This document shows positions 30,814 through 52,849 of a stretch of DNA of 64,000 nt, piece by piece (position 1 is the first letter of the stretch; every line of letters starts with the position of its first letter). The notes under the pieces are model-generated. The model was not told the origin of the DNA and ran no database searches. It saw only the letters and a program-made list of their open reading frames with translations. The stretch comes from the human T2T-CHM13v2.0 reference genome, Homo sapiens, in the NCBI RefSeq assembly GCF_009914755.1, contig NC_060938.1; one strand, 5' to 3'. A program made the translations under genes and the position numbers.

Positions 30814-33800
30814 AAGAGCACTCATCTCAACAGCCTCTGTGTGCCCAGCGCTTCCCTCTCACCTGCTCAAATAGCTGCACGTGGCCTTGCTCCCCTCCTC
30901 ACTGTGCAGATAAGGAAACTGAGGCTCAGAGTGGGCGAGAGACTCGCTCAGGGGCACACGGTGAACTGAGGGAGGTGCCTGGACTTCATCTAAGCTGGCG
31001 TGGTTGGCAGAGGCCGGGCATCGCCCCTGAGCATGGAGATGTCCACAGAGGCTTCAAGGCTGGCATATCCTGTCTGGGGTGCGGACTGAGGAGGCCCACT
31101 CTCTGGGAGAGGCGGTCTGAGGACACTCCTGTCCCTCTGGCCACCTTGTGCTTCTCAGAGAGTCGTCTCCAGATAGGACTGGCGGCAGCAGCGCCTGGAA
31201 ACTTGTTTGAAATGCACCCCAGACCCACTCACCCAGAGTCACTGGGGCTGGGCCAGAGGGCTGTAGGCGATTCTGCTGCACACTCCAGGTTGACAGCCCC
31301 CGCTGTGGGCTCTAGAGTGACACCTGCGGTGCAGTTTCCCTCGAGGGCCTCTGCTGTTGGCCAGGACAGGCACTCACCTACCTCCTATTCCCAGCACCAC
31401 CCTCCATCTCTGGTCAGGGCGAAGCAAGAGTGGAGGGAGGGAGGTTTGGGGACGTTCAGGGTGATATCAAGTCTGGACAGCTGCCATGGCCAGTCCACCA
31501 CCTCCCTTGTCTGAGCCAGGGGCAGATCATACACTCATCAGCAGATTATTACTCATCTGTTAATGGGTAACACCTCGGCCCCACCATGCAAGGCTGAGAG
31601 GCCAGCGTGAGATTCTGCACTGAGCGGGGGTAGGGGTACTCCACACCCCAGGTCTCCATCAGTCACCACCATCGTGGGTCTGGCTCCTATCCCTCCCCAG
31701 CATTCAGAGGATAATCTCCCTACATGGCCTTGGACACCCAGCTCACTGGGTCGGGTAGCCTGAGGCCGGGATGCCAGGCCTTTGCACAGAGACTGTCTCA
31801 GAGGCCACCCCTCCCACCAGCGCTTTGGACCTTTCTCCACCTTTACACCCCACCCAGCCAACCCAGGCTGCACACCCCTCGGGCGCAGTGTTGGCACTGA
31901 GTCTGGTGACCGCTCGCTGGGAGGAAATGTTGGCCTGCATGACTGAGTGACCTGACTGCTGGGAGGCCGGGGCTGGGGGAGACGGGATGCCGGGGAAATG
32001 GGTGCCCAGGCCAGGACAGAGTGCGCACAAGCAGCCTAGCCTCAGGCATCCGTTCTCCCTGACTGCTCTGGGGCACAGAGGCAGGGCAGGGCCCAGGATG
32101 TCAGGCCCCACCCTGCAGCCATGATGCGGGACTGAGGCTAGCCGGGCCTTGAATCCTACCCCAAACCCCCGCAGGTGGGGCCAGGGCCATGAAGGGCTGG
32201 ACCCCTATCTCCCTGGCGGCCACAGTCACATCTTTGCCCCTAGGGCTCAGGGGATTCCCTTGGAGGCTTTTAGAGCTCAGCAAGAATCAGTTCAACCTGT
32301 GGCTGCTGGGGTGTGGGCGGGTTCTGCATGATTTGCGGGCCCAGCACCCATCATGCCTGTCCGCAGGGCTCAGCGCCCCTGGTGCAGGAGGAGAGGGAGG
32401 GCAACAGGGCTCCCCTGTGGGCCGCTGGCCTTGGGGGTTCCTCCCTTGGCTCTGGGCTTCTCCAGCTGTGGTTCCAGGGCAAGCCTCTTTCCCTCCCAGT
32501 CTCAGTATGTGTTCCTGTACCGCCCCAGTGCTGTCCTGGGACTGGAGGTCTCCAGGCCCCAGCTGGGGTGTGGCCAGTGTCAATGTAGCTGCAGTGACGG
32601 GGTGTCTCCCCACCCCGGCACCTTCCTGCCTCCGGGGCCCCGCAGCCCAGTGCACAGTGTCATGGTGCACTCCAGGACGGAGCTCTCCCCTCACAAGCTC
32701 TGTGACCCCAGGCAGGCTCTTCAGCCTCTCGGTCCCTGGTTTCCTCCCTGTAAATGGGATACTACGCCATCTTTATAGGGCTTCCATGATTCAGTGAAGC
32801 CATCTGGTTTCAGGCCAATTGCCTGGAGAGTGCCTGCTCACAGGACATGCGGTGTGAGCTGAGCTAGGATTATGGCGTAGCTCTCCAGCACACTTGTGCA
32901 CTATACACACACATACCATTTCCGTCTTACCCACCACCGTACTAAGGAGGACTTTTTAAGAAGGGGCACACACTTTAGAGTTAATGTTTGTTACACAAAG
33001 GTGGCCCACGACAATTAGTGCTCATTTAGCACGTGCCTGGCAGCAGGACCTTGCCCACCTCTGTGAACAGGAGCTGCCCCTTAGTGAGGTGAGACTGTGC
33101 TGGCCACACGGCAGGACCTGGCCATCCCCAGAGCTTCCCAGCTGGAGGCTGCCAGCTGCTGCCCTCAGCAGTGAGGAGTCCTCAGAGGCTCTGGAAGTTA
33201 CAACCCTGACCCTCCGCCTGAGACCTGAGCCCTGCCAGGCCTGTCTGTGTGCACAGCACCAGGGTTAAAGTGGGGCCAAGTAGGGCAGGCGACAAGCAAG
33301 GTCCCCTGCGGTGGGCGGGCTGAGGGTGGGGCAGGCTGAACTCTGCCAGCCCAGGGCGGGCCGGATGACCTCAGCTCCGGGTGACACCGGTGGGCGTCGG
33401 GTGTGGCCTCAGACAGCTCCCTTCCTCCCCGGCTGGTTGCCAGGTCAACACCGGGTGGGACTAGCCTCTGGTGTCGGCAGTAGCCCCATGCTCCCGGCCT
33501 TTGGGTTCTTGCATGCGCCGTCCCCATCACCTGGCTGCCCCTCTCACTTCCGTCTCCACCTGTCCCGGGTCACCTGTCCTTCAAGCCAGAAATTAAGGAC
33601 AGCACCCCCTCCCAGACCGCCTGGCTGCAGTCCCGGGATGGGCGCTCCTAGTCGCCTAGATCGGGCCCCCGCTGAGCCCGATCCCCCTCCCCGCTCCGCG
33701 CCGGAGCCGAGCTCCCTGCGCCGGACCAGCAAGCGCCCGGGCCTCGACTTCCCCTTCCGTGCAATGGGAAGCAAGCCTCGCTTTCCTATGAGCAGGGTGT

Positions 33801-34205
33801 CGGCTCCGCGCGGGCCCCGGCCCTGGATCCTGCTTGGCTTTGCCTGGAGCCTCATTCTCTCCGGCTGTGCCGGGGGAGGCTGGAGGCGGCGGCGAGGGGG
33901 ACAGGAGTGTCGCCCGGCTCCTCCGCCCGCGGCCGCCGAGGGACGTGGTCGGGCGTTCCTCTCTCGAGCCGGGAGGGGGCGCTGGAGCACCGGGAACCCG
34001 GGGCCGTTAGCACCGCCCCTCCTGCCGACGCCCCGCCTCCGGCCGCGTTTCCCCGGGCCTGGTCCCGCTCCGCTCCGCGGCGCCTCCTCTCCGCAACTCC
34101 CACTAGGAGGGCAGACCCTCAGCCGGAGCCGAGGCCGCGCCCCGCAGCCGCGCCCCGGGGCTGCCCCTGTGGGTGGAGCCTCTTAGGACGACATCCAAAC
34201 ACCCC

Positions 34206-37097
<2,892 letters not shown>

Positions 37098-38329
37098 TGT
37101 TCAAGCTTTGGAAGGTGTGGAGGCTGGGGAGCAGGGCTGGGAGAGGGTAACGATAGCCTCAGTGCAGCCAGAGGATGTGAGGGACGCTGCTTCTTCACTT
37201 AGTCCACCCCATGCCTTTACTGCATTGGCAGGGATGGGGAGGCCCAGAGAGGGCCAGGGGCTCCATAGACACACAGCAGACGCTGGGCATGGCCAGGCAC
37301 AGCTCCTGCCTCTGGATCTGCCAGTCTCCTGTAGAGAAAGGCCCATGGCAGTGGCAGGAGAGAGGGGGAGAAGCAGCGTATCCGAGGCTCGAGGCAAAAA
37401 CGGGCCCTGAGGCCAACTGTGCAGCTCAGCTATGAGCTCCAGGCCTGTCTTTACAGATGCTCCCTGCCCCAGACTCAATGGCTTGGTGGCTCAAGGGACT
37501 TGAGCATTTCCTGAGTACCCTATGCCCCATTGGGAGCAAGCCCTAGAAGCTGGGAGGCCCCTGCCTACCAACACCTTGGATGACAACTAACACCTTAGGT
37601 GATAGTTACCACTTGCACTAACAAGTTGGGAGAGCAATTTCTGCCCAAGTGGCAAGGGGGCGGGGTGGCCTTTTGGGGGATAGGGCGATGGAAGGGGAGC
37701 ATGCCAGCTGACTTTCTGACGTGAGGGTGTCTGGGTCTTCAGAGGGTGCGGTTGCAGCCACAGTGATAAGGGTGTGAGGTGTCTGACCTACTCTGGCATT
37801 GGTGTGTGACACTAGGCCAGGCCCCTGTCCTTCTGGTCTGTGCTCTTGCCTGGAGCAGTGTACAGATGTGGGGAGCCCCTTCTCAGAATGTAGATGACTG
37901 GGGTTCTTGTCTGCCTCAAACCCTCCCAGAGCTCCTTGCTGCCCCCACATCAGGGATTGACCCCTCTGCTGGGCATTCTCAGCTTTGCACAATCTCTGCT
38001 ACCTTCTTTTTCCAGTCTCACCTCCCGCTATGCCCACATCATCAGATCTCCTGAGCTGCAGCCACAGTGCCCAGGTCAGGCCTCCACCTACCCTGCTGTG
38101 ATGCCCCCTTGCCCATCTTCCTCCTGGAGAACTTGTGCAAAGAGCTCTATCCATCCCACATCCAGGAGAACCCAATTCGCATTTTCACAAAGACACTTCT
38201 CTGCCTGACCTGGTTCTCCGTTTTGGACCATTGGATCGTGAATTTGGATTGGGTCTTATTTCTCTCAATGATCCCAGAATCCAGCATTGACATGGAGTCA
38301 ATAATGCTTAATATTAATATTTATTAATA

Positions 38330-42166
<3,837 letters not shown>

Positions 42167-42329
42167 TTACTCCTGTCTTTATTCCCCAATAGGAAGGAGT
42201 CCTCTTTCCATGTATCTGGCCCCACCGAATTCTGCACCTCAAATTTCTGGACGCCAATCTTGAGGCTCAGTCTCAAGTGGCCAGGGGCAGGCCCTGGGGG
42301 AGGGGTCGGCTCAAGGGAAGATGAGGCCG

Positions 42330-42850
42330 GGCCCTTGCTGGGGGCTGGAGCTGGGAGGGCGCGGGCGCTGAGGACCGGCGGCCAGCCCCGCGGTGGGCGT
42401 GAGTGCGAGGGAGGCCGGGAGAGCGCGTGTGGGCGGGGAGCGCGAGAAGGAGAGCGAGCCGGGAGAGCGCGGAGCCAGCGGAGCGCGGAGGCCCCAGCGC
42501 CAGCACCCGCGCGGGCGGTGAGCGTGAGTGTGGCGCAGGGTCGCCCCTCCCCAGCCTGGCCCCGGCAGTGCGGGCCCCGGGAGCGCCCTGACGGCTAGGT
42601 GCGGGGTGGTTGGGAGCGGGAGGAGCATGGGGGGGGATTTGGGAGTTTTGAGTCGAGCTCCTTGGGGAACGGGACGGCGTGGGTTCGCGGGGTCAGCCCG
42701 GCTGTGGAACGCCATGCCTCCGCGCGCTTGTGTCCCCGGGGCTGTGCCCAGCAAGACCTGGGATCCCGCGGCGCTGGGGGTGGTGGGTGCCCTCGATGTG
42801 TGGTGCCCCGGCTGGCACTGGACCCTGGCGCCGGGCAGGGCAAGGCAGCC
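42330..42850 (+). promoter_or_regulatory. LBHD2: CpG island, probable LBHD2 promoter and non-coding first exon
   Basis: CpG-rich island ~1.7 kb upstream of the ATG exon. Candidate donors GCG|GTGAGC (42518) and AGC|GTGAGT (42524). The TSS cannot be determined from sequence. Confidence 0.75.
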
Positions 42851-44242
42851 CTTGGGCACTTGTTCCCTGCTTGCCTGCCCCCGCCTGGCTCAAGCTGACA
42901 GCTCTATCATCTGCCTCTGTCATCCCTCTCTCTCTGGGCCAAGTGTCATCTGTGGGTCTGTTTCTGTCTCTCTCTCTCTCTCTCTTCTCCTCTGTCTCCA
43001 GCTCAGTCACCTCTCGCCTGGTCTCTGTGGCAGTATTTTTCTTGCCTCTCCCTCTGCCTCCTTCCCAAGGCTGGCTGGGTCTCTGTCCTGGCTGCCCTGG
43101 ACTCTAACCTGAGTTCTGGGGTCCTGGGATGGGATCCAGAAGAGGCTTGATGGAGGGCCGGACCTGGGAGCAGTGGGGCACTGAGACATCCCTGGGCTTT
43201 GGGGTTGGGCAGAGGAGCCAGAGGTTGTGGCTTCACTGCCCGCTGCCCCGAGAGGCCTCCTGCAGTGTGTGCCCCTCCTAGCCCTCCCTGGGCCTCAGTG
43301 GGACCCCAGCTGACCTGAGTGGGGTGTTTGGTGAAAGAAACCTCATTTCTCAGAATAGCAGCCCTCTGCTTTGCTGGCGGCCACAGGACCACCCTCACCC
43401 ACCCCAGCAGGACGTCACAGGCATTCCATCCTGCTGGTCTCTGCTCTCCCACTGCCTTGTCCCCTTCCTGCAGGGCTGCCCCCGCCCGTGGCCCCCTACT
43501 GCCTGCATGCCAGCCACTGCCACACCCCACCCCCATTTCTACCTCTGACCAGGGCGTAGCCCCAAGAGCCCACACGGCCCGAGCGCAGGTGAAGGGTCTG
43601 GCTGGTGCCAACTCCTGCCAGGGGCTCTCTTCCCAGAGCCCTTGCTGCCAGGGCTCCAGTGGGGCTCCCCCTGCTGTGGCCAGCCTGAGTGGGTGCGGCC
43701 AAGTGCAGGGGCAGGACTTCATTTCCCCCTGGGCTGTGGGTGCTGAGGGCCTGGCCCGGGGTGTGCAGGGTGCATGCTCTCGAGGAGGAAATGGGCACCT
43801 TGGCCTCTGGCTGACTTGAACCCAGTCCCTACTACTCCCAGCCTCCCGTCTCAGGAACGTTTAGGTCCCTAGGACACTCCGTGTCCTTCCTGCACTATTC
43901 CTGTCTCAGAATGTGCTTCTGTCCTCCCAGCTGGCCTAGCTACCTCCTGCTCACCTCTCAGGCCTCAGATCAGCAGACTTCTTCCAGGAAGCCTTCCCAG
44001 GTCTCCCCTCCTGCCTGTGCCCTCTTGCAGGCACACTGTGCGGCCAGGGTCCAGTGCCCCCTCTGGCGGCGGGCTCAGGCAGGGAGCAGTGCAATATAGG
44101 TCCAGCTGGAGCCATGGGCACTGGGCCTGGGCTGGGGTGGAGTGGGGTGGGCTTAGCACCTGAAGCCTTCGGGGGAGTGTGGATCCAGCATCAGGCCAAC
44201 AGCAGACACCCCATTTCTGCTCCCAGTCCTCGTGCAGCTTAG

Positions 44243-44774
<532 letters not shown>

Positions 44775-46314
44775 TAAAGGTATAATGGATAAAAAAAATT
44801 GAAGGCCAGCATTCCTGGCTTACTTAGCACTCCTTCCTGACCTGAGGACCCCAGGGATTGTCCCCAAGGCACGCTTTGCTCTCTGCTGAGTGAGGAAATG
44901 CCAGGGTTCCCTGCCCCTAGTGTCACCTTTTGGCAGGGGATGGGGAGGTGCTGATGAAACTAAAAAAAAAAAAACAAGCTCCCTACACAGGGTCGCAGCC
45001 TTAGTATTCTGAGTGCTAGAGCCCAGCTAGAGCCCAGCCATTCTCCTTGTTGGGGAGCAGTGGGGCTAGAGAGGGGGACCAGCCTGGAGTCATATAGGGA
45101 CCAGTCTGGAACTTGGGGTTGCAGACACAGCCTCCCAGGCAGGGTGGACAGAGGTGAGCACCAGGACTCCGAGCTGCAAACGCTGCTGGCCTGGACCTCG
45201 TTCACCCCAGTGGGCAGACTTGGAGAGGAGCACCCTTGGTTGGGGGCAGGAAGGAGAATGGCACGTGGGGAGGGAGAGCAGGCTGGGGGATGAGCCCCCC
45301 TGGCTGGCAATGCCAGCATGAGGGTGGCCCCTGGGAGGATCCAGCCTTTGGGGTAGGGATGGGGTCCCTGCTCTGCTGTCCTCTGACAGCTCCTTCATTC
45401 CACAGACATCCCAGTCCAGTGACACCTGTTCTCACACTTGAGGGTCACATATGGTCCGTGGTTAAAAGAGAGTCTGGGCTGGAGCTCAGGAATGTGCACT
45501 GTTCAGGGATCTTGCTGCAGTGGCCGAGGGCCATTCAGCTAAGTCCCCCCTGCTGCGTGGCTGTCCTTCCTCGAGGCCCTTGTGCTCTTTTGGGAAGGTG
45601 GACCCAGCAGCTTCCCTTCTAGGTGGAGAAATGGGAGACAGGGAGCTCCAGGCAGGGCCATCTGCCCGAGCACAGGCGTGGGGGTGGGACAGGGCAGGCA
45701 AGTCAGGGCCACCGGGGCGCTGAGGGACAGAGTTCTGCACGTAGCACTGCAGCCTCAAAGACCTTGAACGGGAGGTGGAGATGCTGAGGGCACCGGGAAG
45801 GCCTGGGGACGCAGCCCCCGCAGGCTCCTGTGGGCACTGAACAATGAGCCAAGAGCAAGCCCAGAGCCAGCCGTTTGGGTTGCCATGGCAACTGCTTCCC
45901 AGCTCCTCTGAGCCTGGAGGAGGCCAAGGGCCCAGCAGGGAAGACCCCAGGAAGGGACTGGCAGGAGTCTGGGTGCAGGAGGCAGCTGGGGGTGCGCAGA
46001 AGCCTGGGCTCATTCCTGGTGACCTTGGCCTCTCCGGCCTCAGGCTCTGGCTGTGCAATGGGCTTCTGGAGCTGAGCACAGCTGCGTCCTATGGTGCCTC
46101 CTGAGAGCTGTGACCCCAGGGGCTGAGCACCCTACCCCCAGGGTTGGGACTGGGTAGGGCCTGGGACCTGTCTCAGGGATGTTCCTGTGTGAATACACAT
46201 GTGCCCATCCCTGCCCTGGGGACTGGGTGGGAAGGGTCTCTGATCTCCCTAGTGGGGCAGTGTGCAGGACAGGGGTAGGGGGGAATAGGAGTGCCAGGCC
46301 TGGCATGGCCATGA

Positions 46315-46497
<183 letters not shown>

Positions 46498-46857
46498 TGA
46501 GGGTGCCTGTGGGGGTGCTGAGAGGAGGAAGTGGCCACTGCCAGGGTCAGAAGCGGGGCGTGCTTCCTGCGGCTCCAGCAAGCAAGGCCTTCCCGCCTCC
46601 TGCCTGTTCACACTCCATCCTCCGCCCGCCTTGGAGTCTCTGCCTGAGACTCTAGGTGCTGCCTGGCCTTAACCCCCCTCCCTAGCACCGTCCTCCCTCC
46701 CACCTGCAAATGAGGTCCCTCATCCACTCTCAGCCGCAGGCCTGGGCACGGGAGGTGCACGGTGCATAATTGTTGAATGAGTGATGCCACATTCTCGCCC
46801 CTCCTTATCCAGTGCACCCTCGTCATCACCTCTGGAGCAAGTGTGCCTTGCTCACTA

Positions 46858-47486
<629 letters not shown>

Positions 47487-47700
47487 TCAGCACCTTGCCT
47501 GCCCTCTTCCCATCCCCAGACCTCAGCCTGTACTGGCCAGAAAACCCCCTTTTCATTGTGGCCAGAGGGGTTATCTGTCTGGACCCATAACCCCCACCTC
47601 TGCCCAAAGCCTCTTGTCAGTTTCTGCCCAGGGCCCAGGACAGCATCAGGGACCACCACTCGGGTAACCCCTGGGACTTGGGCTCTGGGGATATCCTTGA

Positions 47701-48048
<348 letters not shown>

Positions 48049-48258
48049 GACAAGGACGTGGCTGGGCTCTGCTGTCTGACTGCTGAGGGCCTCTGCCCCA
48101 GGGTGGCCGGGCTGATGCACAGGAGGGCCGGGCCTGCCCAGCCTGGAAAGCCCAGAGGCTGCTTCCTGTGTCACAGGGTCTGGACCGCAGCCCTGCCCTC
48201 TTCTGCCCATGGCCCAGGTCTGGATCACACCCCGCTTTGTTCCGTGGTTTGAAGCAGA

Positions 48259-48264
48259 AATAAA
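48259..48264 (+). terminator. LBHD2: Polyadenylation signal of LBHD2
   Basis: First AATAAA, ~210 nt after the stop codon. Confidence 0.8.
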
Positions 48265-49489
48265 GGCACTTCCTGGTGGCCAGTAGGCACACTTGATGGG
48301 GATGCAAGGGACTGAGGACAGTTTGGGCTCTGCCTGTGGCCTTCCAGGTGAGGGCCTCAGCTCCCAGCCCAGGCTGGCCAGTCCAGAGCGCCTCTTGGGT
48401 GACCACTTGGGCCTGGCACTGGGGCAGGCTGGGCAGGGCTGAGCTGGCTCTGTGGCTGGTGCCTCTGCCCAGGGACCCTCTCTCTGCTTTGGCCAAGGCT
48501 GTCCAGGGCAGAACCAGCCTCCTCCAGGTGGCCTCCCAACCCTCCGTGGGGCCTTCTTGGGGCCAGGGCCGGACCCTGAGGGCCTGCTACCCACTTGCCC
48601 CGGGTGTAGGAAAGCACAGCGATGGTGCCTGGGGTGGGCCGCCCCATTCCAGGTTGGATCTCGTTAAATCTTCGTGAAGGTCCCATTTTACACGTGTAGG
48701 AACTGAGGTGCAAAGCGAGGTGCTCAAGGCAAGCGGCTACGGAGGGAATTCCTGAGGTCAGGAAGCCACTGGGCTGCCACAGAACCTGCATCAGAGGCTG
48801 GTGGAGCAGGCATCTCTTCCTGCCCCATGTGGGGGTCCTGTCCCTCCACTGGGTCCATCGACATTGTCTCTGGACTCTGTTCTACTACAGGAGGGGAGCC
48901 CTGCTGCCTGGTTGCAGCTGGCATGGGGGCAGAGCCCCGAGTGTAACCCAGGGCCCCCTCCCCAGGTGTGTCCCCCCAACCTGGCCCTCTGCCCTTGGCC
49001 AGCCTGGGCCAGGATGAGGAAGCTTAGGGCCGGGCAGTGGTACACTCCATAAATGTCAGCTGTGCCAAGTCCATGGCCTTTCTGTGGCCCGGGCAGGTGT
49101 GCCAGGGGCCCATGAGAGGAGGGAGGCAGGAGACACTGCCCCTTTGTGCTTTCCCGCTGCCTCGCCAGCCTCCAGGACGAAGATGCACTTTTCAGATGCA
49201 CTTTCTCCCACCGCCTTCCTTCTAAAAATAGCCAACCCCCCAATGCGGGAAAGGTGGGAGGTGAGGTGCGGAAGCTGGCCTGGCAGCCCGCTTCAGTTTT
49301 AAACCGCAGGACCCCGTGGGCCCTCCCCGGACTATAGCTCAGGTGAGGGGTGGGGCGGCCCTTCAGTCCTCTCCGTCCTCCTCCAGTCCTTCCCATCGGT
49401 CCTGAAGCCAGGGAGGGAGAGGCTTGACCAGGCTGGGGGACATGGGGGTAGTGTTGTGAAAGGGGACAGACATCTCGCAGGATGCCTTG

Positions 49490-50170
49490 CAGGCACGTGG
49501 GATGTGGGGTGCAGGGAGGCCGGCACGTGGGTGGGCGATGACGCCATTTACTGAGATTTGATCCCCACCACACGGCTCCGGGGTGAGAATTATGACATCT
49601 GGCTCAACACGGCTGCCCGGGACCCACACAGCCGAGCGGCCGAGCTCGGGCGGAGTCCCAGGGCGCCCACAGCACCCCGCCAGCGCGCCCCGTCCAGCAG
49701 GGCAGCTTTTGGGCGGAGGCGACCCCCACCGCAGGTCCCAGGACCCTGCGTGCTCTTGAGCCAGGGGTGGAGAGGCCCGACCGCGGGGGGCTGCCCCACC
49801 CCGCCGCCCTTCACCGCGAGCCGGGGCCCAGACCGCCCAGCCACGCCCAGAGCCCGCGGGCGGAGACGCCAGGGGCGGTGCCAGCGAGGTCCCGTCCCCG
49901 GTACCCCGTCCCGCCCCCCCACACGCGGTGACCTGGGGACGCCCCGCGGGAGTCGTTCTGCGGCTCCCCCTGGCGTCGGCTGGGGCCACCGCCCGGGCTC
50001 CCACCTCAACCCTGCAATATGGGGTTGGGGCAGAGTGGTCTGCTGCCCGCTGCCCGCAGCCGCTTCCGGTTAGGGAGGGAGCCTGGGCCTCTGGGTGCTC
50101 ACGCTGCGCTTAACGCTGGTCCCGGCAGCAGTGAGGGTGGAAGCGGCCGCCTCTGGCTTCTACACCCCGG
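49490..50170. promoter_or_regulatory. CpG island between LBHD2 and EXOC3L4 with paired E-boxes
   Basis: CpG-dense at 49580-50170. CACGTG at 49494-49499 and 49524-49529. Confidence 0.7.
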
Positions 50171-51206
50171 GTGTGACAGCCTGGCCTCTCAGTGAGCCCC
50201 AGATCAGGCAAGCATTTGGTGGTGGGGGTCCTGCTCCCTGGCCTTCCCTACCTGGGAGCCAGGTCCTCAGCCAAGGTGAACCCATTTGATCCCGACGACA
50301 ATCCCATTTTCTGGAGGAGTAAACTGGGGCTCAGAGATTGAGGTGCCTCTCCAAGGTCGTGGGGAGCTGGGCTTGCCCTCTGGTGGGTGTCCCTGGCTAG
50401 GCCTCTCCCTCCTAACGGCTCCCCACCCGGCCTTCTCCTGACCCCAGACCAACCTCGTGACCCAGGCTTCTTTGAGATAAGGCTGGGGTTTTTCCAAAGG
50501 GATTTTACTGAGAAACTTCGGGAAAACATGGACATAGCATGAAAGAAACATTGCAACCTCATGCTGAAAAGCGGGCACAGGCTCAGGTGCCTGTGGAGAG
50601 CAGATGGGAGTTGAGGGGACTTCCAGGAGCAGTCCCCAGGCCCTGGGCACCACCAGCTTTTCAGGCACCTGTGTATTGAATGGAGCGACCCATAATTGGA
50701 GGTCCCAGGACCCCAACATGCCCTGGGAGCTGGGGGGCGGGTGGGAGAATTAGACCGGGAAGTCTCCAGTCCACCAAGGCCTGGCTGTATGGGAAGACCC
50801 AGTCCACAGAGCCAGAGACCTAGGTCGCAGTCCTGGCCTCTCTGGGCACCTGTGTGGCCGAGAGCAGGTCACTGAGCCCTGGGGAGCCAGCCACCTTGGA
50901 CCCCGGCTGTCTCTGCTCAGTTTTGCTTATTCCCTGTTACCCCTCATCTCTGCCTGTTGGAGACAGGTGGGGTGGGACTCAGGCCAGCAGGTGGGACTGG
51001 GCTGGGAGGAAGGGCCTATGGGCTGCTGGGCACCTCTCGGGCTTGAAGTGGGACTCTTAGCACCCCACTTCACAGAGGGAACCCAGGGCTCAGGGTAGTG
51101 ACTCAAGTGGTTAATTGGAGGGCTTCCTGGAGGAGGTGCTGGCATCTTTGAGTCTAATTTGGCCCCTCTGCAGATGGTGCTGCAGCATCTCAGGCACCTT
51201 CCAGTC

Positions 51207-51897
51207 TGTTATGGGCTGCTTTTCCCCCATAAAATTCGTATGTTGGGCTGGGCGCGGTGGCTCACGCCTGTAATCCCAGCACTTTGGGAGGCCTAGGCAG
51301 TCCAATCACCTGAGGTCAGGAGTTCAAGACCAGCCTGGCCAACATGGTGAAACCCCGACTCTACTAAAAATACAAAAATTAGCCGGGTGTGGTGGTGCGT
51401 GCCTGTAATCACAGCTACTCAGGAGGCTGAGGCAGGAGAATCACTTGAATCCAGGAGAATCACTTGAATCCAGGAGGCAGAGGTTGCAGTGAGCTGAGAT
51501 CGCGCCACTGTACTTCAGCCTGGGTGACAGAGAGAGACTCCGTCTCCAAAAAAAAAAAAAATTCGTATGTTGAAGTCCCAATCTTAGAATGTGACCTTAT
51601 TTGGAAAATTCCTTATAAAAACACGTGACCTTTAAAGAGGTAATAAGTTAAAATTAAGTCATTCGGGTGGACCCCAACCCATATGAAGAGGAAATATGGA
51701 CACAGACACGAAGTGGGAAGGCCCTGTGTTGACCCAGGAAGAAGGGGGGGCGCTACCCACAGACCCAGAAAACAGCCCCAGGAGAAACCAGCCCCACACA
51801 TGCCTTGACTGTGGGCCTCTGGCTTCCAGAACTGGGAGAGAATAAACGTCTGTTGTTGAGGCTCAGTCCCTGGTCCTGTCGTGGCAGCCCTAGGACA
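51207..51897 (+). mobile_element. MLT1-type MaLR solo LTR interrupted by an Alu (51246-51560)
   Basis: tgttatgggctg...aaaattcgtatgttgaagtcc...gaatgtgaccttatttggaaa...ttccagaactg.gag.aataaa...ggcagcccta. 15-bp Alu TSD AAAATTCGTATGTTG. Confidence 0.85.
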
Positions 51898-52142
51898 CTG
51901 GATGCATGGGGCCGTCCCTGCCCTCAGCCCTAGGATGCTGGTGCACTGGCCTGTCTCTGCCCTCAGCCCTAGGACAGTGGGTGCATGGGGCCGTCCCTGC
52001 CCTCAGTCCTAGGATGCTGGTGCACCGGCCTGTCTCTGCCCTCAGCCCTAGGACACTGGGTGCATGGGGCCTTCCCTGCCCTCAGTCCTAGGATGCTGCT
52101 GCACGGGGCCACCTCTGCCCTCAGCCAGAGGATGCTGGTGCA
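51885..52142. repeat. Tandem repeat with a 79-bp higher-order unit (alternating 40- and 39-bp subunits), ~3.3 copies
   Basis: cag(c/t)cctagga subunits start at 51885, 51925, 51964, 52004, 52043, 52083, plus a degenerate one at 52122. Confidence 0.92.
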
Positions 52143-52849
52143 GGAGGCTATTTCTGCCCACCTCAGCACCCTGCAGCAGCCCCATCACACACCCTGGTGG
52201 CCCCAGCCCAGGTTGGGACAGGCCTGGATCCGTTCTCCTTGGATTTTCCCTGAGTTGTTTCCTAAGACGCTCGCTGCGGAATCCCCCTATGCAGGGGTGA
52301 GGCTGCCTCTTCTGGGAAGTGTCAGTGGCCCTCCCTGCGGCACGTTGCCCGCCTGACCCCCTGGTGTGGGGAGTGGGGCCCCGCCTCCACATCTTTGCCC
52401 CTGCCCAGGATGCCGTCCCTTCTCACTTCTGAGTGTGTCCTGTCTGTCCCTAGGGCCCCATCCCTTTCTCTAGCTCCTGAAGCCCCCAGGAATGGCATGT
52501 GGCTCTCAACTGCTGCCTTTGCTGTCACCGTGAGCTTCCCTGACAGGCAGGGTGCAGGGGTCTCGGGATGAACTCGATGGACTGGCCCAGTGCTAGAGCC
52601 TCTGTCCTGGAGGGAGGGGTCCTTCTGGGCTCCGGCACTGTGGGCTGAGTGTCCCCCGAGGCCAGCGCCTGCTTCCGCTGGCCTCTGAGCAAAGGAGAGG
52701 TTGGTGGTGTTTTGGGTGGCAGGCAGCGTCCACCCCCTGCTGCCTCGAGACCCTGAGTGCCGAGCTCCGCAGCCTTCCCCTCCCTTGTTCTCTGACCCTT
52801 GGACTGAGCCCTGAGCTGTCTGGAATGGAAAGCTGGAGTGACTGCCTCC

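Noticed and set aside
33311-34186. 291-aa ORF over the orphan CpG island
   Set aside because: Non-ATG start, low complexity, no family motif.
44052-44070. CTCF-like motif on the minus strand (GCCAGAGGGGGCAC)
   Set aside because: Only the 3' half of the core matches, which is too weak in GC-rich sequence.
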